Assembly (NCBI GenBank): GCA_943329075.2
Contig: CALQCM020000004.1
Coordinates: 51,123 to 115,122 of the forward strand
DNA: 64,000 bases
Direction: 5' to 3'
DNA from: Chitinophaga pinensis
Lineage (GTDB): Bacteria > Pseudomonadota > Gammaproteobacteria > Burkholderiales > SG8-41
Under the pieces are notes generated by a model. It was not told where the DNA came from. It did no database searches and worked only from the letters and a program-made list of their open reading frames with translations. Below, piece after piece: positions 54,607 to 64,000 of the stretch. Both the position numbers and the translations under genes were made by a program. Positions within the stretch are counted from its first letter, which is position 1, and every line of letters starts with the position of its first letter.

Positions 54607-54636
54607 TTGACCCGCAATTCGCGCAAACGCTATGAT
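54607..54636 (+). promoter_or_regulatory. candidate sigma-70 promoter (TTGACC-N18-TATGAT)
   Basis: The -35 element is at 54607-54612 and the -10 element at 54631-54636, about 57 nt upstream of ATG 54693. Confidence 0.35.
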
Positions 54637-54692
54637 GCGAAAGCACTGCGCAAAAAAATTCAAGACGGGGCATTCCTGGAGAGGCGGTTTCA

Positions 54693-56294
54693 ATGACAGG
54701 CATTACCAATGTATCTGATGGCGGGAAAGCAGGCGCCGCACATGAATATCTGGCCGACGTCATCGTTATCGGCGGCGGCGGTTCCGGGCTCGCTGCCGCG
54801 ATCGAGGCGACCACGCTCGGCCGCCAGGTCATCGTCGTCGAAAAAAATCCGGAGATCGGCGGTTCGACCATCCGTTCAATCGGCTCGATTTCCGCGAGCT
54901 GCACGCCGCACCAGATCCGCAAGGGCATCAAGGACAATCCCGACGACCATTTCATCGACGCCGGAAAATTCGCCGACGCCGTGAAAAAAGCGCAGTGGCG
55001 TGATTTCGACAATCACGACAACCTCGTGCTGCGCCGCATTCTCGTTGATAACGTCAACGACACGCTGCGCTGGCTGATGTCGATCGGCGTGCGCTTTTTC
55101 GGGCCTACGCTGGAGCTGCCGCACCGCAAGCCGCGCATGCACAACGTGCTGCCGAATTCACGCGCCTACGGTTACTGGCTGGAGAAACGCGCGCGTGCCA
55201 TCGGCGTTGATATCCGCACGGGACGCCGCGCCAAACGCCTGCTGACCAAGGACGGCCGTATCGAGGGTGTGGAGTGCCAGCGTGACGACGGCACGCTGGA
55301 GCAATATCGCGCGCGCGGCGGCGTGGTGCTGTCCTGCGGCGATTTCAGTTCCGGCCGCGAGATGAAGCAGCGCTACGCGCGGCCCGAACTGGTGAACATG
55401 AAGTCATCGTGTAATCCGGCCAACACCGGCGACGGACACGTCATGGCGATGGAACTCGGCGCGCACATTCTGAATTCGCACATGGCGTATGCGCGCATCC
55501 GCTTTATCGCGCCGCAGAAGCGCACGCTGGTGCACATGCTGCCGCCGTGGCGCGTGCTGACGATGTTCATGGAGTTTGCGCTTGAGTACATGCCGGCGCG
55601 CCTGCTGCGCCCCTTCATCATGAGCTTTCTGACAACCGTGCTCGAAGCGCAGGCGAGCCTCTATGCGAACGGCGCGATCCTCGTCAATACGCGCGGCGAG
55701 CGCTTTTGCGACGAGCTCGATCATCCCGAATACAAACTTGTCGAACAGCCTGATCAGTACGCCTACATCGTGTTCGACGAGCGACTGGCGCGGCGCTTTT
55801 CGCAGTTTCCGTATTTTGTTTCAACGGCACCGGGTGTAGCTTACGCCTATGTGCCCGACTATGAACGCAGCCGCAAGGATGTGTTCAGAAAAGCGCCGAC
55901 CATCGCCGCGCTGGCGCAGAAACTCGGTGCTGATCCTGAGAAGCTCGCGCAATCAATTCGCGAGCGCAATGCATCGCTGGCGGCACAGGCCGGCCAGGGC
56001 GGCATCGCCGCCGATGCCTTGACGATCGAGAGCGGGCCTTTCTATGCGATGGGGCCGGTCAGCTGCTTCGCCATGGGCACCGACACCGGTCTGGCGATCA
56101 ACGAACGCTTTCAGATCCTGCGCGAAGACAAGCAGCCGATTCCGGGGCTCTTTGGCGCCGGCACGGTGGCGTTGGGCGGCCTGATGGCGGAAGGCCACGG
56201 CCATCATCTCGGCTGGGCGTTTACCTCGGGTCGCCTTGCCGGGCGCAATGCCGCGCACCTTGCCAACACTGCCGACGCCGCGCCGAAAAAATAG
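54693..56294 (+). CDS. FAD-dependent oxidoreductase (FAD_binding_2; fumarate reductase/KstD-like flavoprotein)
   Basis: 533 aa: DVIVIGGGGSGLAAAIEA...VVEK...GGST. Confidence 0.8.
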   Translation: MTGITNVSDGGKAGAAHEYLADVIVIGGGGSGLAAAIEATTLGRQVIVVEKNPEIGGSTIRSIGSISASCTPHQIRKGIKDNPDDHFIDAGKFADAVKKAQWRDFDNHDNLVLRRILVDNVNDTLRWLMSIGVRFFGPTLELPHRKPRMHNVLPNSRAYGYWLEKRARAIGVDIRTGRRAKRLLTKDGRIEGVECQRDDGTLEQYRARGGVVLSCGDFSSGREMKQRYARPELVNMKSSCNPANTGDGHVMAMELGAHILNSHMAYARIRFIAPQKRTLVHMLPPWRVLTMFMEFALEYMPARLLRPFIMSFLTTVLEAQASLYANGAILVNTRGERFCDELDHPEYKLVEQPDQYAYIVFDERLARRFSQFPYFVSTAPGVAYAYVPDYERSRKDVFRKAPTIAALAQKLGADPEKLAQSIRERNASLAAQAGQGGIAADALTIESGPFYAMGPVSCFAMGTDTGLAINERFQILREDKQPIPGLFGAGTVALGGLMAEGHGHHLGWAFTSGRLAGRNAAHLANTADAAPKK

Positions 56295-56321
56295 CGCGTG
56301 TCGCGCTGCGCAGTGCGCGGC

Positions 56322-57200
56322 CTATTCCTTGGTGATGTTGAGATTGCGGCCGAGCTTTTCCCACTTGTCGATATCGGCCTTGAAGAACGCGGCGAATTCC
56401 TCGGGCGAACTGCCGACCGACTGACCGCCATCGGCGGCAATCTGTTTGGCGATTTGCGGGTCGCGCAGAATGATGGCGATTTCGCGCTGCAGTTTCAGCA
56501 CGATGTCGCGCGGCATGCCGGCAGGCCCCAGCAGTCCGGTCCAGAACAGTACCTCGTAACCGGGCAGTGTTTCGGCAAGCGCCGGAATATCAGGTGCGGC
56601 TGCATCGCGCTTCGCGCTGGTCACCGCCAGCGCGCGCAGTTTGCCGGCGCGCACCTGCGCGATGGTCGTCGCCATGGTCGTCATCACGGTCGTGATGTGA
56701 CCTGCCATTACATCGACCACACCCTGGGTGCCGAATTTGTACGGCACGTGATGCAGTTTCACCTGCGCCATGCCGGCAAGGAGTTCGAGCGACAAATGAT
56801 TGGAGGCGCCGATGCCGGCCGAGGCGTAGGAGATTTCGCCGGGGCGCGCCTTCGCCAGTGCGATCAGGTCTTTCGGCGATTTCAGCGGCAGCGATGGATG
56901 GATCACAAACAGATAGGGCACCACCAGCGCCAGCGTCACCGGCGTGAAATCGCGCTGCACATCGTAAGGCAGGCTTTTGTAGACCGGTGAACCGGTGGCC
57001 ATGGCGTTGATGCCCATCAGCAACGAATAGCCGTCATACGCGTGCCGGCGCCGAGGCGATTGATGACGCGACCTGCCAGAAACACGCACTCCGGTCGTTA
57101 CCGCGCTGGACGATATGTTGCGCGATTACGGCGATTCGAAGGCGGTCGCGACCGGAAATGATTAATTCTCGATGATTGATTAACTCAACATGCTGCTGTA
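56322..57200 (-). pseudogene. decayed Bug/TctC-family gene (frameshifted, internally deleted, signal peptide lost)
   Basis: The 255-aa ORF (56322..57089) matches Bug proteins only from DGYSLL onward. The NR.GAG segment (GRVINRLGAGT) is in another frame. The upstream D..AR.IAQ-like segment (RDRLRIAVIAQHIVQ) is in a third frame (ORF 57034..57240). Confidence 0.75.
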
Positions 57201-57256
57201 AATGGATCGAGGCCGACTGCAGTCTGGATTTTCGAAACAAAACCGTGGTCTTCCCT

Positions 57257-57373
57257 TGCGCAGGTCTTCGACCCCGTCGTAGGTAAAGCGCATCATGCCG
57301 CCGGACTCGTCCTCGGACGCGGCTTCCAGCATGACGACCTGCGCGCCCGCATTGCGCGCTTCGAGCGCCGCGC
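57257..57373 (-). pseudogene. 117-nt relic of a TcuA-like flavoprotein gene (N-terminal region)
   Basis: It aligns by eye with about 46656-46793 of the intact gene, apart from a 21-nt in-frame deletion (removing GNSRFAG) and scattered mismatches. No start and no downstream coding sequence. Confidence 0.8.
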
Positions 57374-57475
57374 CCAATTCCGCTGATTGGTCAAGCGCGA
57401 CGGGTTAAAATCGGTGATCAGCCGGAATTCCAGATTCCGGAATTTTTGAAATCGAATCGTTGCGGAGAAATTTGA

Positions 57476-58843
57476 ATGAACACGGCAACCGGCCAAGAAA
57501 TGATGGCGGCACAGATACTCGCCACTTATGCAACCTCGCTCAAATACGAGGACATTCCCGCCGAGGTGATCATGCGCGCGAAAGCCTGCATACTCGATAC
57601 GATCGCGGTGTCGAGTTTCGGCGCTTCGCTGCCGTGGTGCCGCATCGTCAATGATTACGCCCTGCGCAACAGCGCCGCCGGCAAGGCCAGCGTGCTCGGT
57701 ACCAAACTCAAAGTCGCAGCCCCCTTTGCCGCGCTCGCCAACGGCGCCGCCGGTCATGCGTTTGAAATGGACAGTCTGGTGCAGCCCGGCGTCGGCGCGC
57801 ATATCGGCACCTCGCTGCTGGCCCCCGGTCTTGCCATTGCGCAGGAGATCGGCGCCAGCGGCAGGGATTTCCTCACCGCCTTCGTTGCTGGATCGGAAAT
57901 TCTCTACCGCGTCGGCGATGCCTCGCGCCATTCGCCGGAAAAGGTCGGCTTTCATTCGCCCGGCTTGACCGGCGTGTTCGGCGGTGCAATCACCGCCGGC
58001 CTTTTGATGAAACTCGATACCGCGCGCCTGACGCACGCACTGGGCATCGGCGGCTCGCTGTGCTCGGGCCTGCTCGAGTTTTCGAAGTCGGGCGGCGGCA
58101 TGGTCAAGCGCCTGCATCTGGGCCGCGCCGCCGAGGGCGGCCTGATGGCGGCGTCGCTGGCACGCGAAGGTTTCACCGGCCCGGCCGCGGTGTTCGAAGG
58201 CAAGTTCGGTTTCTTCAACGTGTTCTGCGACGAGGTCGATCCGCCGCGCCTCACCGCCGGCTTCAATTCGACCTGGCACAGCATGAAGATCATGATGAAG
58301 CGTTATCCCTGCCACATCACCGCGCATGTGCCGGTCACCGCGGTGCTCGAAATCAAGGCGGCGCACGGCATCAGCGGCGACGATGTCGAGTCGATCAGCG
58401 TCACCGGCAGCGAGAAGATGGTGAGCCATCACAACATTCCGGAACCGCAGGACATTACGATGGCGCAATACAGCACGCCGTTTTGCGTGGCGCTCGCCTT
58501 CTACAAGGAACCGCGCGATCCGAAGGAGTTTTCGGATGCCGCCATCGCCGACACGAAGATCCGCGCGCTGTGCCGCAAAGTCACGCTCGCTGCGGACAAG
58601 GAACTCACCAAGGAAAATTCGCTGGCGACGCGCATGGTTGTGACGCTGAAAAACGGCAAGGTCATCACCCACGAGACCAGCGTGTTCCCGGGCATGCCGA
58701 AACGCCCGCTGACCGACGCCGAGCTGCGCGAGAAATTCGACCGCGTAGTGACCGGCATTCCGGCGGCAACCGCGGCGCGTTTGTTCGAGCAGTTCGCCGC
58801 GCTTGAGACGGTCAAGGACGTCGCTGCGCTGCAATTCGATTGA
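57476..58843 (+). CDS. MmgE/PrpD family protein
   Basis: 455 aa with a GGAGA SD sequence. The N-terminal ATYATSLKYEDIPAEVIMRAKACILDTIAV pattern is typical of the family. Confidence 0.85.
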   Translation: MNTATGQEMMAAQILATYATSLKYEDIPAEVIMRAKACILDTIAVSSFGASLPWCRIVNDYALRNSAAGKASVLGTKLKVAAPFAALANGAAGHAFEMDSLVQPGVGAHIGTSLLAPGLAIAQEIGASGRDFLTAFVAGSEILYRVGDASRHSPEKVGFHSPGLTGVFGGAITAGLLMKLDTARLTHALGIGGSLCSGLLEFSKSGGGMVKRLHLGRAAEGGLMAASLAREGFTGPAAVFEGKFGFFNVFCDEVDPPRLTAGFNSTWHSMKIMMKRYPCHITAHVPVTAVLEIKAAHGISGDDVESISVTGSEKMVSHHNIPEPQDITMAQYSTPFCVALAFYKEPRDPKEFSDAAIADTKIRALCRKVTLAADKELTKENSLATRMVVTLKNGKVITHETSVFPGMPKRPLTDAELREKFDRVVTGIPAATAARLFEQFAALETVKDVAALQFD

Positions 58844-59784
58844 TGCTGCCTTACGCCCTGCTTGCCGCGCTGATTGCCCAGCCTGCGTTCGCGCAGACCT
58901 GGCCGTCGCGCCCCTTGCGCGTGCTGGTGCCGTCGGCGGCGGGTGGTGCGGGCGATATCGTCGCGCGCGCGGTCGGGCAGAAACTGACCGAAGCGTGGGG
59001 CCAGCAGGTGATCGTCGACAACCGCAACGGCATCGTCGGCGCGGAGATCGCCGCGCATTCGGCGCCCGACGGTTACACCGTGATGTTCTCGACCTCGGCG
59101 CTGTCGATTCGCGAAAGTGTTTACCGCAAGCTGCCGTTCAGCACGCTGCGCGATTTTGTGCCCGTCGGGCAGGTGGTGTCGCAGTCGAACGTTCTGGTCG
59201 CGCATCCGGGCGTGCCGGTGAAATCGGTGCAGGAGCTGATCGCCTACGCGCGGGCGCGGCCGGGCGAACTCAACTACGGTTCGAGCGGCAACGCCAGTTC
59301 CAATCATCTCGCTGGCGAGTTGTTCAAGCTGCTGGCCAAAGTGAACATCGTGCACGTGCCGTACAAAGGCCTGCCGCAGGCGGTCACCGATCTCCTCGGT
59401 GGGCGCGTGCAAATCGTCTTCGGCAGTCCGTCGTCAACCCTGCCCGCGGCGCGTGACGGCAAATTGAGACTGCTGGCGGTGACGACGCCGAAGCGCTCGC
59501 CGGCGCTGCCCGATATTCCGACTATCGCCGAATCCGGCGTGCCCGGCTATGAATTCACCGGCTGGATCGGCGTGCTGCTGCCGGCGCGCACACCGCCCGA
59601 CATCGTGCTCAAGCTCTCGCGCGAAGTGGCGCGCATCGTGCAACTGCCGGACCTCAAGCAGCGCTTCGCCGCCGACGCCACCGAATCGGTCGGCAGCACG
59701 CCGGAAGAATACACAGCCTTTCTTAAGGCCGAGATCGCGCGCTGGACCCGTGTTGCGCGCGCGGCCAACATACAGGTGGATTGA
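58843..59784 (+). CDS. Bug/TctC-family substrate-binding protein
   Basis: ATG 58843 overlaps the upstream TGA by 1 nt (TGATG), giving 313 aa: [30 protein letters not shown]. Confidence 0.9.
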   Translation: MLPYALLAALIAQPAFAQTWPSRPLRVLVPSAAGGAGDIVARAVGQKLTEAWGQQVIVDNRNGIVGAEIAAHSAPDGYTVMFSTSALSIRESVYRKLPFSTLRDFVPVGQVVSQSNVLVAHPGVPVKSVQELIAYARARPGELNYGSSGNASSNHLAGELFKLLAKVNIVHVPYKGLPQAVTDLLGGRVQIVFGSPSSTLPAARDGKLRLLAVTTPKRSPALPDIPTIAESGVPGYEFTGWIGVLLPARTPPDIVLKLSREVARIVQLPDLKQRFAADATESVGSTPEEYTAFLKAEIARWTRVARAANIQVD

Positions 59785-61226
59785 TGTCAGCTCATGCCAA
59801 GGGTGGTAAGCGCCCGCCGTTCGACCGCGAAATCGTCGCCATTGCCGATTACGTCGCGAATTACAAAATCAAAAGCACACTCGCCTACAAGACCGCGCAT
59901 TACTGTCTGATGGACACGCTGGGCTGTGGTCTCGAAGCGCTGTCCTATCCGGCCTGCACCAAACTGCTGGGGCCTGTGGTGCCCGGCACCATCGTGCCCA
60001 ACGGCGCGCGTGTGCCCGGCACATCGTACGTGCTCGACCCGGTGACGGCGGCCTTCAACATCGGCGCGATGATCCGCTGGCTCGATTTCAACGATGCGTG
60101 GTTCGGCCGCAACGGCGCGCACCCCTCCGATAATCTCGGCGGCATTCTTGCCACCGCCGATTACCTGTCGCGTTGTAACGTCGCGGCAGGCAAGGCGCCG
60201 CTGAAGGTGCGCGACGTGCTGACCGCGATGATCAAGGCGCACGAGATCCAGGGCATCACCGCGCTCGAAAACAATTTCAACGGCCTTGGCATTGACCACG
60301 TCGTGCTGGTGAAGGTGGCCTCGACCGCGGTGGTCACCGGCCTGATGGGTGGCACGCGCGAAGAAATTCTCAACGCCGTGTCGAATGCCTGGATCGACGG
60401 GCAGGCGATCCGTACCTATCGCCATTCGCCCAACACTGGCTCGCGCAAATCGTGGGCGGCGGGCGATGCGACCAGCCGCGCGGTGCGGCTCGCGATGATG
60501 GCGCTGAAAGGCGAGATGGGTTATCCGTCGGCGCTGACGGCGAAAACCTGGGGCTTCTACGACGTGCTGTTCGAAGGCAAGCCCTTCAAATACACGCGGC
60601 CCTTCGGCTCGTATGTGATGGAGAACGTGCTCTTCAAGATCGCCTATCCGGCGGGTTTCCACGGCCAGAGCATGGCCGAGTGCGCGATCCGCTTGCATCC
60701 CGTCATCAGGGACCGTCTCGACGACATCGCCAAAGTCGAGTTATGGACGCACGACAAATCGTTTCATCTGATCAAGGAAGGCCCGCTGCATAATCCGGCC
60801 GATCGCGACCATTGCATCCAGTACATCGCCGCCATCGGCCTGATTTTCGGCCGTCTCACCGCCGCTGATTACGAGGATGCGGCGGCAGCCGACCCGCGCA
60901 TCGACAAGTTGCGCGCGAAGATGACCGTGACCATGGACAAGCGCCTGACGGCAAGTCTGTTCGATCCGCAGCGGCGCTCGAATGGCGCCGCGGTGCTCGT
61001 CACCTTTAAAAACGGCCGCCAGAGCGACAGGATCGAAATCGAATTTCCACTCGGCCATCCGCGGCGGCGCCGCGACGGCATCCCGCTCCTGCTGGAAAAA
61101 TTCCGCACCAATCTCGCGCGGCGTTTCCCGGCAAAACAGCAGCAGGCGATTCTGGATTTATGCGGCGATGAAAAGCGTCTGGCGGCGACGCCGGTCAACG
61201 CGTTCGTCGATTTGTTCGTGCGTTGA
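59784..61226 (+). CDS. prpD: 2-methylcitrate dehydratase
   Basis: ATG 59784 overlaps the Bug stop (TGATG), giving 480 aa. [23 protein letters not shown] and the overall length match PrpD proper. Confidence 0.85.
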   Translation: MSAHAKGGKRPPFDREIVAIADYVANYKIKSTLAYKTAHYCLMDTLGCGLEALSYPACTKLLGPVVPGTIVPNGARVPGTSYVLDPVTAAFNIGAMIRWLDFNDAWFGRNGAHPSDNLGGILATADYLSRCNVAAGKAPLKVRDVLTAMIKAHEIQGITALENNFNGLGIDHVVLVKVASTAVVTGLMGGTREEILNAVSNAWIDGQAIRTYRHSPNTGSRKSWAAGDATSRAVRLAMMALKGEMGYPSALTAKTWGFYDVLFEGKPFKYTRPFGSYVMENVLFKIAYPAGFHGQSMAECAIRLHPVIRDRLDDIAKVELWTHDKSFHLIKEGPLHNPADRDHCIQYIAAIGLIFGRLTAADYEDAAAADPRIDKLRAKMTVTMDKRLTASLFDPQRRSNGAAVLVTFKNGRQSDRIEIEFPLGHPRRRRDGIPLLLEKFRTNLARRFPAKQQQAILDLCGDEKRLAATPVNAFVDLFVR

Positions 61227-61245
61227 CCCGTGGGCCGGCCGCCGT

Positions 61246-63030
61246 TCAGGCGCCAGGTGCCAGCGGCAGTTGTAACGGCGCGTCGAATTGGCAGGCCAGC
61301 ACTTCCTGCGCGCTGAGCGCGCGCCCGACATAATCGCCCTGCACGCGCTCGCAGCCGATCGTTGAAAGCGCAAGCGCGGTGATTTCATCTTTGACGCCAT
61401 CGGAGGTGACGGCGAATTCGAGGTCCTGCGCGAGGTGGGCGAGCGAGCGCACGATCTTGATGTGGAACAGCCCATCCGCATTGTCGCCGACGAAAGTCGC
61501 GCCGATTTTGACTTCATCGAACGGTAGTTGCGCGAGGCTGGCGAGCGAGCACGATGAGGTGCCGAAGCCGTCGATGCACAGGCGCACGCCGAAGCCCTTT
61601 AACCGGGTCAGCGTTTCTTTCAGGTGTTCCACCCCGGCAGCGAGTGCGGATTCGTGCACTTCAATGGTCACGCGTTGCGGCGCCACCTTCCAGGTGCGCA
61701 GCGCGCGGTCCACAAATTCGGCGATGTCGGGTTGGGCGAGACCGCCGGCCGTCAGCTTGAGCCCAAGCGGCAGCGTGATGCCAGCCAGTGCAAGCTCCGC
61801 GTATTGCCGCAGCGCGTTGTTGAACAACCACCAGGTGACTTCGCGGGTGAGCCCCGAGGATTCCGCCGCTTCCATCGCGCGCGCCGCCGGGACTTCGCCG
61901 AGCTCGGCGTCGCTCCAGCACAGCGTGCAACCGAGGCTGGCGATGCGGTTGGCGCGCAGATCGAGTTGCGGCGCGAAGGCGAGCTTGAGCTGGCTTTGTT
62001 CGAGCGCCAGGCGCAGGCGCATTTCATACTGCATATTGCGTTCTTCGCTTGCGCCCTGCGTCGCCTGGTACACGGCAAAGCGTTCGGCGCTGCCGCGCGC
62101 GGTGCCGGTGGCGAGCTTGGCGTTGCGCACCAGCGTTTGCTGGTCGTCACCGTGGTCGGGGTAGACGGCGATGCCGATGACGGCGTCAGTGTCGAACGAT
62201 TGTCCGCCGATCGGGATCGGCATGCCGAGCGCACCGAGTATCTTGCTGGCGGCGAGTATCGCCACGCCTTCGCCGGCGATGCGCGGCAGCAGGCAGGCGA
62301 ACTGGTCGCGGCTGATACGGCCGAGCCGGTCCTGTTTGCGCAGCACGCCTTCGCGCAGCCGCCGCGTCACGCGCAGCATGAAGGCTTCGCCTTTCTGCAA
62401 GCCGAGCAGGCGATCGACCTGCTCGATCTTGGCGACGTGGATCACCAGCAGGCCGAGTTGTTTGCCCTCGGCGCGGTGCGCTTCGATGGTGGCGCGGAAG
62501 ATTTCCATGAAAGCCGCGTATTCGGGCGTGGGCAGCGTGCGCACCACGCCGCCTTCGCTCTGGCTGCGCGCGGCGAGCGAGGCGAGTAGTGCCACCTGCA
62601 GCAGCGTGTAGCGTTGCAGCGCCAGCAGATGCGCTTCGCATTGCGCTGCATTGTCCGCATGAATGCGCAGGGCGCCGCGCGTCATCGCGCCCTGAAAGCG
62701 CAGGCAATCGGCGCGCATGCGCTCGATCGGTTCGCCCTCGGCATCAAGCGCCCATTCGCCAAGCGCGGCGTAGAGCGGCGCGGCATCGGCGTCTGCCGGG
62801 CCGGCCAGACCGGCAAATGCGGCGGCCAGTGCGGCGGTGGTCGGCACGAAAATGTCGGGTGCACTTTGCCGTGTTGCTTCAAACACTGCGGCGACCTGGC
62901 TAAGCGTGGCGGCATCGACGCTGAATTCGCCGGCAAGTCGCACCACGAGGGCGGTCAGCCCTGCATTGGCGGAGGGTTCCGCGGCGTCCGCGCTTTCGTT
63001 GGTGTCAGAGGAAGTATTCGGAGGGATCAA
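61246..63030 (-). CDS. GGDEF-EAL tandem-domain protein with degenerate motifs in both domains
   Basis: 594 aa from the longest (TTG) start; the true start is uncertain. SRDQF stands in place of GGDEF. LGCTLCW stands in place of the (G)xEALxRW motif, DGFG in place of DDFG, and EVKIG in place of EVKID. Confidence 0.75.
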   Translation of the reverse strand: MIPPNTSSDTNESADAAEPSANAGLTALVVRLAGEFSVDAATLSQVAAVFEATRQSAPDIFVPTTAALAAAFAGLAGPADADAAPLYAALGEWALDAEGEPIERMRADCLRFQGAMTRGALRIHADNAAQCEAHLLALQRYTLLQVALLASLAARSQSEGGVVRTLPTPEYAAFMEIFRATIEAHRAEGKQLGLLVIHVAKIEQVDRLLGLQKGEAFMLRVTRRLREGVLRKQDRLGRISRDQFACLLPRIAGEGVAILAASKILGALGMPIPIGGQSFDTDAVIGIAVYPDHGDDQQTLVRNAKLATGTARGSAERFAVYQATQGASEERNMQYEMRLRLALEQSQLKLAFAPQLDLRANRIASLGCTLCWSDAELGEVPAARAMEAAESSGLTREVTWWLFNNALRQYAELALAGITLPLGLKLTAGGLAQPDIAEFVDRALRTWKVAPQRVTIEVHESALAAGVEHLKETLTRLKGFGVRLCIDGFGTSSCSLASLAQLPFDEVKIGATFVGDNADGLFHIKIVRSLAHLAQDLEFAVTSDGVKDEITALALSTIGCERVQGDYVGRALSAQEVLACQFDAPLQLPLAPGA

Positions 63031-64000
63031 TTTCGATGCTTCCTTTGGGCAGTGTCCGTTTGATGCCGGCCGACTCGACGATTCTAGGCGGTTTGACCGG
63101 CGATTTGTGGATGTCGAAGACCACCATCACGCGCGGAAACAGTTTCATGCGCGGATTGCGCGCGATGACAATGCCGATGTCACCGGAATGCAGTTCAACC
63201 ACCGCGCCCACCGGATAGGTGCCGATGCACTGGATGAATTGTTCCACCAGCGGGCCGTCGTATTTGCTGCCGCGCTCGGCGTAGAGCACTTTTAGCGCCT
63301 GCGCCGGCGGCAGCGCCTCGCGGTAGGCTTTGACCTCGGTCATCGCGTCATAGCTGTCTACCAGGCCGGCGATGCAGCCGAAGAGGCCGATCTGCGGACC
63401 TTTCAGGCCTTTGGGATAGCCGCTGCCATCGACACGTTCGTGATGCAGCATCGCCAGCGCCGGGATATCGGCGTGCAGGCCCGGGGTTTCTTTGAGGATG
63501 TTGAGCGAATGGCGCAGATGATCGCGGCAGATTTTTTGTTCGCCGTCGGTCAGCGGTTCTTTCTTGCTGAGCAGGTTGGCGGGCAGACGCAGTTTGCCGA
63601 TGTCCTGCATCAAGCCGAGCATGCCGAGCAGATCGAGCTGTTCGCGCGGCATCGATAAAAAGCGGCCGAAGGTAATCATGTAGACCGAGACGCCGATGGC
63701 GCGGTCGAAGGAGTTAGGGTCCTTCGCCTTCATGCGTTCGAGCAGCAGCATGGCGTCGGGGTTGCGCACGACGCTGTCGGTCATGCCCTGCACGGCGGCC
63801 TGGATGCGCGGGCCGTCGAGTTCCTTGCGCGCCTTGATCGAACCGAAGACGTCCTGCATGACGACCTTGGCGTTGGTCTGCGCCGTCTGTGCCGCCGTCC
63901 ATTCGCGTGCGACCTGCACCTTCTCTTCGTAAACGGTCTTGACCTTGATCGTTTCAAGCACGCTTGGCAGCGCGGGGCCGCCGGCGAACGGTGAGGCGGC
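63005..64000 (-). CDS. HD-GYP domain protein (partial; reading frame open to window end) with HD changed to QD
   Basis: HHERVDGSGYPKGL is present, but LMQDIGK stands where LLHDIGK is expected. The frame has no stop between 63961 and 64000, so the N-terminus may lie outside the window. Confidence 0.75.
   Translation of the reverse strand, partial: AASPFAGGPALPSVLETIKVKTVYEEKVQVAREWTAAQTAQTNAKVVMQDVFGSIKARKELDGPRIQAAVQGMTDSVVRNPDAMLLLERMKAKDPNSFDRAIGVSVYMITFGRFLSMPREQLDLLGMLGLMQDIGKLRLPANLLSKKEPLTDGEQKICRDHLRHSLNILKETPGLHADIPALAMLHHERVDGSGYPKGLKGPQIGLFGCIAGLVDSYDAMTEVKAYREALPPAQALKVLYAERGSKYDGPLVEQFIQCIGTYPVGAVVELHSGDIGIVIARNPRMKLFPRVMVVFDIHKSPVKPPRIVESAGIKRTLPKGSIEIDPSEYFL

Overview
This is a high-GC chromosomal segment. 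Hand-counted 100-nt samples of typical coding DNA are near 65-70% G+C. It looks betaproteobacterial (Burkholderiales-like), mainly because it carries seven intact and one decayed Bug/TctC-type periplasmic binding-protein genes. I call about 55 protein-coding genes. I see no rRNA or tRNA genes, no CRISPR array, no transposase, integrase or phage genes, and no recognisable DNA-binding transcription factor.

Layout:
- 0-6.4 kb: a thiolase fragment, a Bug gene and an envelope cluster (M48 lipoprotein protease, Kdo-hydroxylase-like protein, ArnT/PMT-like glycosyltransferase).
- 6.6-10.2 kb: a cyanate-type ABC importer plus cyanase cynS.
- 10.2-12.4 kb: an orphan TRAP binding protein, a UPF0016 cation exporter and rpmE.
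- 12.4-13.4 kb: two DUF2846 lipoproteins.
- 13.7-22.4 kb: a housekeeping block of rho, trxA, two tandem fdxA-type ferredoxins and an addB/addA-like helicase-nuclease.
- 22.4-31.8 kb: mixed small genes (BT1-like transporter, DUF1772, a low-GC orphan secreted protein, bicupin, enolase-superfamily enzyme, methyltransferase, DUF1330, an AIM24-M48 pair).
- 31.9-61.2 kb: an organic-acid/acyl-CoA catabolic patchwork interleaved with Bug genes. It holds two paralogous acyl-CoA dehydrogenases, a DapA-like aldolase, a K+ channel, Kup, an M24 peptidase, SDRs, a CapA-like protein, a TcuA-like flavoprotein, a crotonase, an amidohydrolase, a PanE-like reductase, an FAD oxidoreductase, an MmgE/PrpD protein and PrpD.
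- 61.2-64.0 kb: two c-di-GMP-type signalling proteins with degenerate catalytic motifs.

The intergenic DNA is rich in at least four families of REP-like palindromic elements. The most unusual thing I can support directly from the sequence concerns these roughly 100-nt elements. Several are bracketed by long direct repeats (about 20-39 nt) that copy the stop-codon-proximal end of the adjacent gene: rho, the BT1-like transporter, and more weakly an M48 protease. At rho the whole tail-plus-element unit is tandemly reiterated with a 133-bp period.

I did not find a convincing novel multi-gene system (defence, secretion or toxin-antitoxin). Candidates are listed with modest scores. All family names come from motif recognition and memory, not from database searches.
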